In this document: positions 10,201 through 19,790 of the stretch, one piece after another
Numbering within the stretch: position 1 is the stretch's first letter
Layout: every line of letters starts with the position of its first letter
From: a bacterium
Lineage (GTDB): Bacteria > Patescibacteriota > Patescibacteriia > HK-STAS-PATE-3
Direction: 5' to 3'
Length of the DNA: 64,000 bases
Assembly (NCBI GenBank): GCA_043800725.1
Contig: JAZDMR010000034.1
Span: 4,374 to 68,373, forward strand
Notes under the pieces: generated by a model
What the model was told of the DNA's origin: nothing
The model's input: the letters and a program-made list of their open reading frames with translations, nothing else
Databases searched by the model: none
Translations under genes and position numbers: made by a program

Positions 10201-10793
10201 GCGTCAAGAATTTCTGTCTGCCATAAAATGTCGCCATTGGCCTTATCAAGAGCATATACGCCTCCCGTAGCGCCCTCCTGCACTGAAATAAAAATTTTAT
10301 CTTCTGCCACCACTACGCCATGAGATACGGAATCAATTGACCAAACACTAAGATCTTTTTGCCATAACAATTTTTCAGTTTCAAGATTATACGCGTATAC
10401 AACAGAATGAGCGCCATCAACAGTAAAATAGCTAACGTCACCAGCTATGGCTGCATTGCTTCCATGACTGGTATCCGCAATTAGTTTTTGCTGCGGTACA
10501 TTGACCTCGTTATATTTATACAAACAGGTATTGCTGCCGTATTGGAAAATCGCCTGACCGCCTCTTATCCGAAAACCCTGGACGTCTTCTGAATCCCCCG
10601 CCACGCAGGGTCCGAGATATCCCGCTTCATTATATTCTGCCGGGCCGTAATCGTTTGAAGACCCTATATTGGCTTCATTTTTTTCTATTTGGTTCCAATT
10701 ATCATAAGCCTGTGTACTCGGAGCTATTAATAATCCAAATACTGCAATAAACAAGCTGATGAAAAATATTTTTTTGAGGTTTTTTATCGTCAT
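7218..10793 (-). CDS. Secreted protein, paralog family B: PQQ/BamB-like propeller, Ig-like domain, B core with an inserted second propeller
   Basis: Signal peptide; AYNLETEKLLW/ALDKANGDILW/ALEADNGLLIW blades; C-terminal CNW...CP...YRCCKL. Start set to ATG 10793 (ATGA overlap). Confidence 0.75.
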   Translation of the reverse strand: MTIKNLKKIFFISLFIAVFGLLIAPSTQAYDNWNQIEKNEANIGSSNDYGPAEYNEAGYLGPCVAGDSEDVQGFRIRGGQAIFQYGSNTCLYKYNEVNVPQQKLIADTSHGSNAAIAGDVSYFTVDGAHSVVYAYNLETEKLLWQKDLSVWSIDSVSHGVVVAEDKIFISVQEGATGGVYALDKANGDILWQTEILDAAGDDTQLIATPAYGESKLFVKYHDGGVHGMVALEADNGLLIWRTVEENCGAGDSNNNSPIYNSGAVYGNVCGINSYNASNGVKNWHHELAGDYDGIVWDGAYWNGKLYYTFESTAGQARYIFFNANNGSEAWDSGSLGPLEKGLELIVSDNGIVYLFINGTSLKALSATDGSLVFNSDLPANASGLLGVYNGLLYVEMQNIDVANPGKVLVIAGNSGLPPDETITVTSPTCSIDGGLNYSSCINAQFGGLITHVQTTCNTGTVSTKDVRFTLASPTSVIYNNVSFSNSAGSTFRLKYPGVIDKEGQWTLTATCVNELNQTNNAGAQWTVNPTGSPDPQKLTIYDGTIRVTNSDSLEIGKLVDDPFETEINIDWLSSGSIYVRPNTSEAGSFLQGIAATDRQRLHLSGGIDGKPTLEATGLGLNGSPWIGAGIAGRFAGAAFNSGGSGIYGEVISCGLLKNCYAGYFTNPIAGQAVTAVNNSADNPTLIARNTDSSNYDFTPEWSPSPFTSEVSVFAGPFGQGPVQNTVTSRLYAYIRTNPDNQARVFSVDDDGTMAEGNALDPSLDRCGQPGHDIGFISDGGDGAYVGWASNCPGIGREHFMARVDASGNTIWDTAVNSAYGVSQADSGQYMSLSANANNLLFAFYNGGKICGMKINKDDGARMWSTDLGCTVGSNTAKELASEPGTVLQGMTEDGQGGLVIIYTSGVSTLRARHILNNGTADWTVDVTGSTLNGAGLIYYNNAVYARAQFPNNDLWIFKLNVSDGSQPWAGGLNLGPGKSVNSSDINHQLLVSDDSELTAVWRRESDGRLLMNRINTADGSKKWASDLEIADDVGNIDYRIFKGAGDVVYASYCFETGPNVDECKIQAIDGQGNLLLAAGGADIQDSRSEAMSIGHHIDNSGLSCIDQAFYDSSLPQPVGAEMYCFATNAISADFTGEVQVTEDVIADQNVTEQCNWVSVADGSVCPAGQFLNGLRRNSSTRHPTFYRCCKL

Positions 10794-11611
10794 AATTCGC
10801 AGCAATATAATTTGAATACCGAGGGGTCGGGTTCGGTATCACTGGCGATTCCGGCCAGCAATCGGTTATTAGAACAGATTAATTCGTCTTCTGCGTTGAA
10901 AAATTCCCATTCACAAGCGCCGCGAGTATTGCCTACGGCCCTGACAGTATCTGCAAGCACTTTACCCTCAAACGATCCGGCAATTCCGTTGGGATTATTA
11001 TTGGATGCTTTCAAGGCAGGCTCTAGAACATCAGAAGTATTGGAAATAGCCTGGACGCCGACATATTTATTGCCGCTGAAATAGCCTGCGTAACAAGTCA
11101 TCAGCGCGCCACAATCAGATACCTCGCCTTTAATCGCGCTGCCTACGGCATCTTCAATTCCTCCGTGAAAATATCCTGTTGAAGCGCCGAGTGTTGAATC
11201 AGTATCGGCAGTACCGGCCCAGGTAGCATCCAAAGTATGCTGGCCAGTGATTCCGCCGGTTAATTCCAAGCGCTGGCCAATCGAATCAGGTGATCCCTCA
11301 ATAAAAGATCCTCGAGAGCTGCCGTCTGGCCGAAGATATATTCTTCCGCCTGATTGGATATCGCGCCCAGCATTTCCCAGACGCAATTGAGCTGTGCTGT
11401 CTATCAACAAACTGCCATCGTAAATAGACAGCCGCTTAATAGGGGTAGATGGTCCGGCTGCTCGTGACAACTGAGACTGGTAGGAAATATTAAAGAAAAC
11501 AATTAAACCTAATCCGCCAATCAATCCAACGGATATTAAAATCCTGACCTGCTTGACAGTTAAAATCTGGAAATATTTGCCGAGTTTTTTCTTGTTTGAC
11601 TTATTAGGCAT
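10790..11611 (-). CDS. Membrane-anchored/secreted protein, minimal member of paralog family B
   Basis: TM helix followed by the core only: KRLSIYDG...GNAGRDIQSGGRIYLRP...GEVSDC...CYAGYF...CEW...LYCCEL. Confidence 0.75.
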   Translation of the reverse strand: MPNKSNKKKLGKYFQILTVKQVRILISVGLIGGLGLIVFFNISYQSQLSRAAGPSTPIKRLSIYDGSLLIDSTAQLRLGNAGRDIQSGGRIYLRPDGSSRGSFIEGSPDSIGQRLELTGGITGQHTLDATWAGTADTDSTLGASTGYFHGGIEDAVGSAIKGEVSDCGALMTCYAGYFSGNKYVGVQAISNTSDVLEPALKASNNNPNGIAGSFEGKVLADTVRAVGNTRGACEWEFFNAEDELICSNNRLLAGIASDTEPDPSVFKLYCCEL

Positions 11612-11631
11612 GATAACTTTAATAATCTATC

Positions 11632-13305
11632 TTAGCGAAGACCTCCGGCATCCCCCTTGGCCATAATTGGAGAGCTGCCGCCGCATTCGGCATCTTCACA
11701 AACATTTACGCTTTCGCCACCATGATTTGAAAAAATACAACAGTAATCATATGGCGTATCATTGGCTACGCAAAATGGATCACTGGGACAAAGTAAGTTA
11801 ATGTGAAATCCTCTACTTCTCCACTCAGATTCGTTTCCATTATTATCCAGAGCGGAAATTGAGTAATAATAGTTTTCTCCCTGCGTAAGGGCCGGGTCAT
11901 CGTCTTTATAGCCGCCTATCAGAGATTCGCCAATTTTTACGCTATTGCGATAAATATTAAAATGGCTAAATCCGCTGTTTATACCTTCGGGCAAGTCGGT
12001 TTTCGGATGAGTCCAACCCAAGAGCGTATATTCTTCATCTCCTGGTATGGTGCCGTCGGGCAGATGAAGGTTGATACCAATTTGCGAGGTAATTGGAATA
12101 GGCGGAGTCTCATCAACAACCGACCCCGCTTCTAGGAAATTGTCGCCCGAAAACAGGAAAGTCCCGGATCCCTGGGTAGCGCCCCCGACACGATAGTGAT
12201 AATCTAGCGTTGAATCAATATTATCTACCAAAACCGAGTGGCTTATTCTATAAACTGGATCAGCAAGCTTACTGCCATAGTCCTCTGTCAGGCCATGCTC
12301 TACCACTGAGTACATAGGCCAATTCGAGGTCCAGGTAAATTCAGCACTGGTTGGGGTCTGCCATTCAGCAGTAATCTCGGATATTACCGGACAATCTGCT
12401 GGACAATCGATCGGATTCTCGGTACTTTCGGTACACACGCCATCACCGCAAGTAATTTCCGGAACGTGGCCATTAGGATCTCCTAGGACAGCGCTTAAAA
12501 AATGGCTGGAACCGTAAACAGCCGTGATGCCGGTTTGTAGGGTTGTGGGATATTCAGTCTGCAAAAACAAATAATCATTAACCCCTGAACCTTCGGGCCA
12601 GCTTGTACGGCAGTCACCGGGAGGATCTTCATCTTCCTCAAGCAAACACAGTTGAGACCCGGCAGTAATTTCAACGTTGCCGGTAAAATAGCCAGCATAG
12701 GCATTGGGATTGCCATTGTTGCCGCCAAAAATGCCATAGGCTAAAGCGTCTGATGATACTGACCCAGAATGAGCAGCCACACCCAAAACGCCGTAGCTCA
12801 ACCCCGGTAAGGCAACTACGGAACTAGACAGTCCGTAAAATCCATATGTATCTATAAGGGTTGGAGCGATGGCTCCAGAATGTAGGGCAAAGTTAGCATC
12901 ATCAGCCGCCTGGAAAGTGATTCCGCCTTGGATATGAATAAAATCAGAATCAGCACTAGTTGGAGATAAGTGAAGGATAGTGCCAATGGATCCGCCGGGC
13001 TCCCAGCCATTGATACAGGAATCGCCTAGGCAAAACTGCTCGTCTCCGTTTAACATTACGTTCAAGTTTCCTGAGGTAATAATTTCTCCAAGACTTGTCA
13101 AGCTTCCACTAGTATTCAGCTGACTGGATAATTTGAGAGGACCCCAACGCGTTTGGAGATCCGAGCCACCTGTAAGAATGGGCGCCTGGATATTGCCCTC
13201 CGGCGGATTTAATATTGGTTCATTAAAAGCCTGGGCAGTCCAAGCTAACACCAAGCCCGCTATAAAAAATAAACTGATACTGATGATACTTATGTTTCTA
13301 TTCAT
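11632..13305 (-). CDS. Secreted protein, paralog family A, with FN3-like domains
   Basis: AFNEPILNPPEGNIQAPI N-motif; FCLGDSCINGW; ITCGDGVC...DCPADC; FN3-like FTWTSN..SVVEHG and YSISALDNNGNES. Start ATG 13305 (ATGA overlap). Confidence 0.75.
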   Translation of the reverse strand: MNRNISIISISLFFIAGLVLAWTAQAFNEPILNPPEGNIQAPILTGGSDLQTRWGPLKLSSQLNTSGSLTSLGEIITSGNLNVMLNGDEQFCLGDSCINGWEPGGSIGTILHLSPTSADSDFIHIQGGITFQAADDANFALHSGAIAPTLIDTYGFYGLSSSVVALPGLSYGVLGVAAHSGSVSSDALAYGIFGGNNGNPNAYAGYFTGNVEITAGSQLCLLEEDEDPPGDCRTSWPEGSGVNDYLFLQTEYPTTLQTGITAVYGSSHFLSAVLGDPNGHVPEITCGDGVCTESTENPIDCPADCPVISEITAEWQTPTSAEFTWTSNWPMYSVVEHGLTEDYGSKLADPVYRISHSVLVDNIDSTLDYHYRVGGATQGSGTFLFSGDNFLEAGSVVDETPPIPITSQIGINLHLPDGTIPGDEEYTLLGWTHPKTDLPEGINSGFSHFNIYRNSVKIGESLIGGYKDDDPALTQGENYYYSISALDNNGNESEWRSRGFHINLLCPSDPFCVANDTPYDYCCIFSNHGGESVNVCEDAECGGSSPIMAKGDAGGLR

Positions 13306-16300
13306 GGGTTTCCACAGCAATATATTCGATCATTTTCCCCGGGAGGGTTGTTTTCATAGCCGGAAATAAATCCATTATTAGGACAAACCAAATCCGCCCA
13401 AACCAGCGTTTCCCAATGGCACTCGGAAAAAAGCAGCTTTTCTGATTGGATATCCCCATCAGCCACGAAGTTGCCTTCAAATAATGCCGAAACATTATTC
13501 TCGGGACTGGCGCCGGCGCTGTTTTCAACTTTCAGGGCCGGGATGATCGAATCGCTTGATTCTGATAATAATCCTACTTCGTTGTTGCCTGCAAAATAAC
13601 CGGCGGCGCAGCCTCCTGCCGCGGCGCAGCTTACCACTTCGCCGTAAACAGCCGAGCCGCCCGCATTGTTATTGCTACCACTGAAGAAAGAAGCCACGGC
13701 ACTGGCGCCGTTACTGCTATTTTGGGTGCCGCTACCCTGGGCAAGGATTGTCGGCTGACCGGCAATACCGTAAGGAAAATGCAATCTCTGATCAGTCGTG
13801 CTGTCAGTCCCCTCCCAGAAGGCTCCCGCCAATGAATTATTTGGCCTAAGATAAATATTGCCCGTGGAGGCGATATCCCGCCCGGCATTCCCGATCTCCA
13901 GAGTATCACCGCTTGACTGGGCTATCTGAATAACGCCTTGATAGACTGACAGTTTTTGATTGGCAGAAAACGGCCAAGCACCAACGTCCCACTGCGCCTG
14001 ACTGGTGTCTTGCTGGCTGGCGGAATCCTTGCAAATTGCACTGATAGTCCATTGGCCTTCTTCATTTATCAATTTGGGATTATGCAGCGTGTAAGTATTA
14101 CCCACAACGTCACTGGCGATTAAATCTTCATATTTATAGCCAGAAGGAGCATTTAGGGTAAATTGTACCTGGGCAATATCGGCCGCCGCAGCTCCCACCG
14201 GGGAAATATAAACGTCAGTATTGATTCCGTCTTCCTCTTGTCTTTCCCAGACAATATTATTCCCGTTGATATGGGGAGCCGAATCAAAGCGAGGATGATC
14301 AGTTATTTGAATATCTCCGCTGTCATCCGCCGTGCCGAATAAACCGTCCGGCCCCAGGTCATAAACCATGACTTCAAAAAAATCAAAATCAACATCATCA
14401 TATCGCGAAAAAACAATCTTGGTCCCTGACATGCTTGGCAAATAATCAGTCAGTCCGGAAGTTGTCAGGCGGACCGTTCCAATATCATCCGTCGTATCCG
14501 GTGAACCGTCCGGCCCCAGGTCATACATATAGATATCAAAATTACACGTATCACATTCCCGAGCGGTCCACAGTACATATCGGGAATAAATTACCGGCCG
14601 CATCCCGGTAAGCGAATTTCCTTGAGGAAAATCAGATATTTCAAATGCTTCAGCATTGGTTAGATCCACCACAAATATTGAATCGTCTTCCGGGCCGCCT
14701 CCTTGGACACGGACTACGCCGTATCTGCCTCCCAGCTCCCCAGCATCCGCGTCAGTATGGCCAATCGTGTCAAAATCCGTTACTTCCGTGTCTCCCAGAT
14801 CATCACCAGTGCCCAATCTGCCATCAGGGCCCACATCATAAATGAACATATGGCCGTCGGGATTATTTAAAAATCGCTCATACAAAATATATCTGCCGTT
14901 AAAGCCAGCGTCATCAAGCTGATCTACCCGGAGACTGCCCGGATCAGTTTCTCCGGCTGCCCAGTTATACACCCAAATATAATCTTCCGCCCCAACATTC
15001 CCCGCAAAAAAAACATGGTCATCAGTAACATCCTCAACTAGGGCTGAACCTTGAGCGATTATTTCTGCTTCAGTGCCATCGTCCGGGGTGCCGAATAATT
15101 TATCTGCACCTAAATCATAACGGCTAATATAGCCGCTCGCTTCATAAATAACGTACTGATTGGTTAAATAGGGAAATCTCCAAGTCGTATCAGCCACATC
15201 ATTTAGCGCGCCTTCAGAAAATGGCTGGGCAGCGCCCGGGTCACAGCTAACTCGGACATGGCTTAATACGTTGCCATACTGCGCTTCGCTGCATAAGCCG
15301 AAGTCCGCCCCGCCATTGATGCTACAGATGGGATCGGTCACTGTGGGCAAGCTCCCAAGACAGTACTCTTGCACAGCCACTCTTATACCGCCGGGCTCGC
15401 CATAACCATGGCCAATGCACGATAGGCTATCATTTCCAACAATTTTATTATGTATGCCAAATTGCGGTTGTTGGTTATACGCTTCACTGCTTGGATCCAC
15501 AGTAATTCCATTACCGGGGAATATCTTTTGCCCTGCTCCGTCAAATCCTTGTATGGAACAGTCCCACTCATTGCCAATATCTTCACAAATTGCAAAATAT
15601 GAAACGCTCTGGGGTCCGGTAAAGTGATTAACAATACCTTGAAAGGGGGTTCTAACATAAATTAGCTTATCACTGGGCCAGACTTTTGTTCCATCCTCCA
15701 TATTGATTCTGTTGGTATAATTACTGCTATCCGCACTCAGCTCCCATTGTAAAGAAATCGCAGTATTATCAACCTGGACAATACGCGGATTATGAAAAAC
15801 ATTAGATACGTTATACGGTTCAGCCCAAGGCTGAGACCCATCAGCCACCTTTACGCGATCAATAAATAATTCTTTATTTGGCACTATGTCCTCGGTCCAG
15901 ATCATATAAACCGAACCATCGTAATAAAATGCACTGGTAACGCTTACATCAGGATCAGCTGTGAAGTCAACGCTCCATGCTAAATCACCGGCCGAATCAA
16001 TTCTATGCGCGCGCCCGGAACCAGACAGTATAATAATCCCGCCCTGTCCATCAGAAACCACTGTATGGACATACTCTCCCGTGAGTAGCCTACGGCCATC
16101 TTGCCCACCACATACTTGACTAGTCCACATACTTGCACTTGTCGTGCGATTTATTTTTACGCCACAGACATAATTTCCGTCTCTAAAGGTCATTATGGCA
16201 TGGCCATCACTTGCTAAAACTACATGGTTCCAGGCAGGAGATGTGTCTGTACCAAGCTGACCAGGACCTATCTCCCAAATTATGCCTCCATTTCCATTAA

Positions 16301-16775
16301 GCCGGGCAAGATATATATTATCTCCGTCAAATATAATACTCTTAGAAGAGGCGACATAAGCGCCATCTAAACCATCTGATATCATCCCCTTTTTGCGCTC
16401 ACCACCAACGGAAAATAGCTCTCGGTCCAAACCAAACGAATTGCCTTCAACTGAGGTGCCATCATCATTTACTCGCACCGGATGAAAATGATCATCAGGT
16501 CCTGGCTCGGAAACTGAGCCTTCATATAGATATAATCGACTGGTAGGGGTGTTTTGCAGTGGTCCGCTTAACATTCTATCTTGGTCATCGGCAATAGAGG
16601 AAAAATAAAGCGGCGGATCCCACTGCGGCACCAAAGAAAAGTCGGCTCGGGCCACCTCTGTTTTATTAATCACATAAACAACCAGTAACACACTGGCCAT
16701 CATCAAGCTAATGCTAATAATCACGGCCAACCGGATTTTTTTCATTATTGGATTTTTTGCGTAATTATCTGGCAT
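13302..16775 (-). CDS. Secreted protein, paralog family B: propeller, Ig-like domain split by an inserted propeller, B core
   Basis: Signal/TM after ATG 16775 or 16745; PxIxGxxIVW...DIYMYDL blades; QKLSVYQG...GNAGRDIASTGNIYLRP...IYCCGNP. Confidence 0.75.
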   Translation of the reverse strand: MPDNYAKNPIMKKIRLAVIISISLMMASVLLVVYVINKTEVARADFSLVPQWDPPLYFSSIADDQDRMLSGPLQNTPTSRLYLYEGSVSEPGPDDHFHPVRVNDDGTSVEGNSFGLDRELFSVGGERKKGMISDGLDGAYVASSKSIIFDGDNIYLARLNGNGGIIWEIGPGQLGTDTSPAWNHVVLASDGHAIMTFRDGNYVCGVKINRTTSASMWTSQVCGGQDGRRLLTGEYVHTVVSDGQGGIIILSGSGRAHRIDSAGDLAWSVDFTADPDVSVTSAFYYDGSVYMIWTEDIVPNKELFIDRVKVADGSQPWAEPYNVSNVFHNPRIVQVDNTAISLQWELSADSSNYTNRINMEDGTKVWPSDKLIYVRTPFQGIVNHFTGPQSVSYFAICEDIGNEWDCSIQGFDGAGQKIFPGNGITVDPSSEAYNQQPQFGIHNKIVGNDSLSCIGHGYGEPGGIRVAVQEYCLGSLPTVTDPICSINGGADFGLCSEAQYGNVLSHVRVSCDPGAAQPFSEGALNDVADTTWRFPYLTNQYVIYEASGYISRYDLGADKLFGTPDDGTEAEIIAQGSALVEDVTDDHVFFAGNVGAEDYIWVYNWAAGETDPGSLRVDQLDDAGFNGRYILYERFLNNPDGHMFIYDVGPDGRLGTGDDLGDTEVTDFDTIGHTDADAGELGGRYGVVRVQGGGPEDDSIFVVDLTNAEAFEISDFPQGNSLTGMRPVIYSRYVLWTARECDTCNFDIYMYDLGPDGSPDTTDDIGTVRLTTSGLTDYLPSMSGTKIVFSRYDDVDFDFFEVMVYDLGPDGLFGTADDSGDIQITDHPRFDSAPHINGNNIVWERQEEDGINTDVYISPVGAAAADIAQVQFTLNAPSGYKYEDLIASDVVGNTYTLHNPKLINEEGQWTISAICKDSASQQDTSQAQWDVGAWPFSANQKLSVYQGVIQIAQSSGDTLEIGNAGRDIASTGNIYLRPNNSLAGAFWEGTDSTTDQRLHFPYGIAGQPTILAQGSGTQNSSNGASAVASFFSGSNNNAGGSAVYGEVVSCAAAGGCAAGYFAGNNEVGLLSESSDSIIPALKVENSAGASPENNVSALFEGNFVADGDIQSEKLLFSECHWETLVWADLVCPNNGFISGYENNPPGENDRIYCCGNP

Positions 16776-16785
16776 AGGAATAAAA

Positions 16786-18468
16786 TTACCAGCCCCCGCC
16801 GCCTTCCCAGCCGCCGGGATCTTCATATTGTAGATAACTTTCAGGAATTTCTTTTAACACAACAGGTGAACCGCCCGGCAGGGGTTCCCCACAGCCCAGC
16901 TCCCCATAGCACACGGGGTACAAAGGATTGGTGCAGTTTGAATTGCTGACGCAAGCGGTCGGCACATGGATTATTTCTGCATTAGATGGCTCTGACTCAT
17001 TGCCCAGCATATCAACCGCAGTAATCTCATATGAATAGTAGGCATCCTGGTCAACAAAATAATCAATATACCAAGCACTGGTCGTAGTATCGAAGGGAAT
17101 GCCCTCACGGTAAATAACAAAATGCGAAAAACCAGAACCCCCCGGATTATCCTGCAAAGTCTGGTACCAAGCGAGAGGTATCTGATCGGGCTTCGGCGTA
17201 GTGTTATGTAAATTGGCCGGCGGGAAAGGAGGGGTCGTGTCAATTAAAGAAGTAAAATTTAAAACACTTGATGCTCTGTAAGCGCCCGAATCAGCGATTG
17301 ATTGAACCTGATAATAATAAGCGGTCGAATAATTCAGGCTGGACAATAATACCGCGTGATCATAGGCCAGGGTCTCATCAACAATTTCGCTACCCAGGTC
17401 CGGGGTAGTGCCATAATTAACAACCGTAGAAGCAGGCGCGCTGGTTTGCCAGGTGATTACCGCCGTTCCATCCGTAATATTGGTAGGTGATACCTTATAA
17501 ACTGTAAAACAATCAACTTCGCAAGTAAAAATGGTTTCGCCGTTATTGCAGCTGCCGTCTCCGCAGGTAATTCCTATGCCTAAACCGGACGGATCGCCGC
17601 CCAGAATAAGGCTGGTAAAGACTGAGGTCGAGCCAGGACTCAAATCAACATTGCCCTGCTGGTTGGTTTCAGGGTCAAGCTTCACAAAATCGCCCTCCAT
17701 TTCTCCTGTGGGCCATTCATACTTACAATCTCCGGCAAAATCCAGGCAACCGTCAATTTCTACCTTACCCTTGAAATAAGCTGCGTAGGCCGGACCGACT
17801 AATGACGGGGCAGTTCCCCCAACACCTATTGAGAAGGGACTATTTGAACCAGCAACTCCATAAACGCCAGCTGACAAGTGGGCGGGCAGAGTGTCTCCGC
17901 TGCCCGCATACCCCATAATTGCGTGAGAAAGATTGGAACTCGAACGTCCGGCTTTGGCATACAAAGCTATCGGGCTCCCACTTTCATTTATATCGCCTTC
18001 GATAATCATATAACCCTCTTTCTCTTTCGTTGGATCAGGATCGCCCAATCTGATAAAGCCCAAGTCCGGATCAACCGGATTAATATGAACAAAATTACCT
18101 TCTTCAAAATCAAAATTGTTCTTACAAAGTGCTCCATCTCCGGTGTCGTTGATGCAAATTTCCCCGTCGTCATCTGGCAGGTCGGGAGATACTCGAAAAT
18201 TTTCATCTACTGATAACAGATTATTTGTTTGAATGCCCTGATCCAGAACTTCCAAGGTATTTTTAATAGTCAAATCTCCCTGAACGGTTTGAGGTGTTAC
18301 TGAAGTATTCAGAGGCGCTTCAGTGGTCCCCCCCCAAGGAGCCGCGCCAGCCCCGTCATTCCAGACAGGATCAACCCAGGCAGCTCTGACATATGAAATG
18401 CCAATAAATAAACTGACTAAAACAAGACCGGTAATCACAGAGTATTTTATTTTATGCTGAATAGTCAC
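16786..18468 (-). CDS. Secreted protein, paralog family A, with FN3-like domains
   Basis: AWVDP...EAPLNTSVTPQTVQGDL; ITCGDGSCNNGETIFTCEVDC; ITWQTSAPASTVVNYG; YEITAVDMLGNES; GTG start. Confidence 0.75.
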   Translation of the reverse strand: MTIQHKIKYSVITGLVLVSLFIGISYVRAAWVDPVWNDGAGAAPWGGTTEAPLNTSVTPQTVQGDLTIKNTLEVLDQGIQTNNLLSVDENFRVSPDLPDDDGEICINDTGDGALCKNNFDFEEGNFVHINPVDPDLGFIRLGDPDPTKEKEGYMIIEGDINESGSPIALYAKAGRSSSNLSHAIMGYAGSGDTLPAHLSAGVYGVAGSNSPFSIGVGGTAPSLVGPAYAAYFKGKVEIDGCLDFAGDCKYEWPTGEMEGDFVKLDPETNQQGNVDLSPGSTSVFTSLILGGDPSGLGIGITCGDGSCNNGETIFTCEVDCFTVYKVSPTNITDGTAVITWQTSAPASTVVNYGTTPDLGSEIVDETLAYDHAVLLSSLNYSTAYYYQVQSIADSGAYRASSVLNFTSLIDTTPPFPPANLHNTTPKPDQIPLAWYQTLQDNPGGSGFSHFVIYREGIPFDTTTSAWYIDYFVDQDAYYSYEITAVDMLGNESEPSNAEIIHVPTACVSNSNCTNPLYPVCYGELGCGEPLPGGSPVVLKEIPESYLQYEDPGGWEGGGGW

Positions 18469-18490
18469 AAATTCTTTTTATTAAAAAAAT

Positions 18491-19591
18491 CTAGCGGCAA
18501 TCGACCGGACAAGTGCTATGGCTCTCGCCATTTCCCCCATAATTACATAGTCCGTCGCCGCAGGTTATTGATACTGGAGTAGACGGTAACGGCTCGCCAA
18601 GTACAAATTGCCCGGTTTTGGCCGAGCCTTCCACTTTTACTTCACCGGTTTGAAATACCGGCGTGGGCGAATCTTGGACCTTGACCAAAGAATCATCTGC
18701 TATCGGCCCCCAGTTGCTCGCGTTGCGGCAGTCGCCGTTTAAACAAAGATCTCCTTCAACTCCAACCCGTCCGTCAAATCGTCCTGCCCAAGACACAGGA
18801 TCTTCATTAAACCCACCGTCTGAGCCCCAAACGCCCCGAGTTATATTATTCGGCGTACAAACACCAGGCAGACAAGGGTCAGGATCATCCTCTACCAAAC
18901 AAGAGACATTAGGAGTTGACCCGCCTTGGCAATAAGCCGCATTAGTTGCCAGTCCAGCAATGCCATAGGTAGCAAGGTTGTTATTAGCACATATACCATC
19001 ATTGCAGTCTGAATCTTCATCACAAGGATTGCCATCACTCTCTCCACCAGAACAAAAAAGGCTAGCACTTTCCCCAACAATAGCCGCGGTACGATCTCCG
19101 GTGGGCTGATCAGCAGTGGCTTGTATGCCAAACTGATTGGCTAAAGGAATTATTTTTGAATTACTTTCAGGTCCAGCTGCCAGACTGGTTAAGCTGGGGG
19201 TACCTAAATCAGCCGTACCTGGATTTAAATGCACATAATTACCTGTTAAAGATCCCCAGCTTGAGATACACGCGTCATTTAAGCACAATTGCTTTCCATC
19301 AGCTATTTGTATATCGCTGTTGGTGTTTAATGTTGTTGTGTTTATGGTGTTTTGAATTTCCAGATTCCCCTGGACAATTAATCCGCCTTGTTTGGTTTGA
19401 GCTACATGGGTAGATGCTAAATTCTCATCACCAGCAATGATTGGCTGAGCCGTGGTCGAGTTCGGGGCGGTTTGGTCCGGTTCTGACCAAAAAGCCAAAC
19501 CCTGGCCAATTCCAAAAACCAGAGCTAATAGTAATATAGCGGTTATTAGGCCATATCGCTGGCTTTTAAGATTGAACCGGCGATTAAGCAT
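18491..19591 (-). CDS. Secreted protein, short member of paralog family A
   Basis: AFWSEPDQTAPNS...QTKQGGL; LCLNDACISSW; ends at ITCGDGLCN...TCPVDCR; two CxGG Cys-rich inserts. Confidence 0.75.
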   Translation of the reverse strand: MLNRRFNLKSQRYGLITAILLLALVFGIGQGLAFWSEPDQTAPNSTTAQPIIAGDENLASTHVAQTKQGGLIVQGNLEIQNTINTTTLNTNSDIQIADGKQLCLNDACISSWGSLTGNYVHLNPGTADLGTPSLTSLAAGPESNSKIIPLANQFGIQATADQPTGDRTAAIVGESASLFCSGGESDGNPCDEDSDCNDGICANNNLATYGIAGLATNAAYCQGGSTPNVSCLVEDDPDPCLPGVCTPNNITRGVWGSDGGFNEDPVSWAGRFDGRVGVEGDLCLNGDCRNASNWGPIADDSLVKVQDSPTPVFQTGEVKVEGSAKTGQFVLGEPLPSTPVSITCGDGLCNYGGNGESHSTCPVDCR

Positions 19592-19678
19592 TTATTTCGC
19601 ACCCCCGCAATAAATCACGATTTAGAAGATTTAGTTTCTTTATTAATTTTTCTGAGAAATCTATTTAAAAAACTTCTT

Positions 19679-19708
19679 TTGACAATCCCTAAAATACAAA
19701 GGTATAAT
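19679..19708 (+). promoter_or_regulatory. Consensus sigma70 promoter for the plus-strand lemA/htpX operon
   Basis: TTGACA (19679-19684), 18-nt spacer, TATAAT (19703-19708) in the divergent intergenic region. Confidence 0.7.
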
Positions 19709-19790
19709 AGCATAAAAGGGAGGAGTCAGTCGAAAGATAAAATACAGATTCTAAGTGACAAAATTCTACCATTTTCACTGACTAGCGTCA

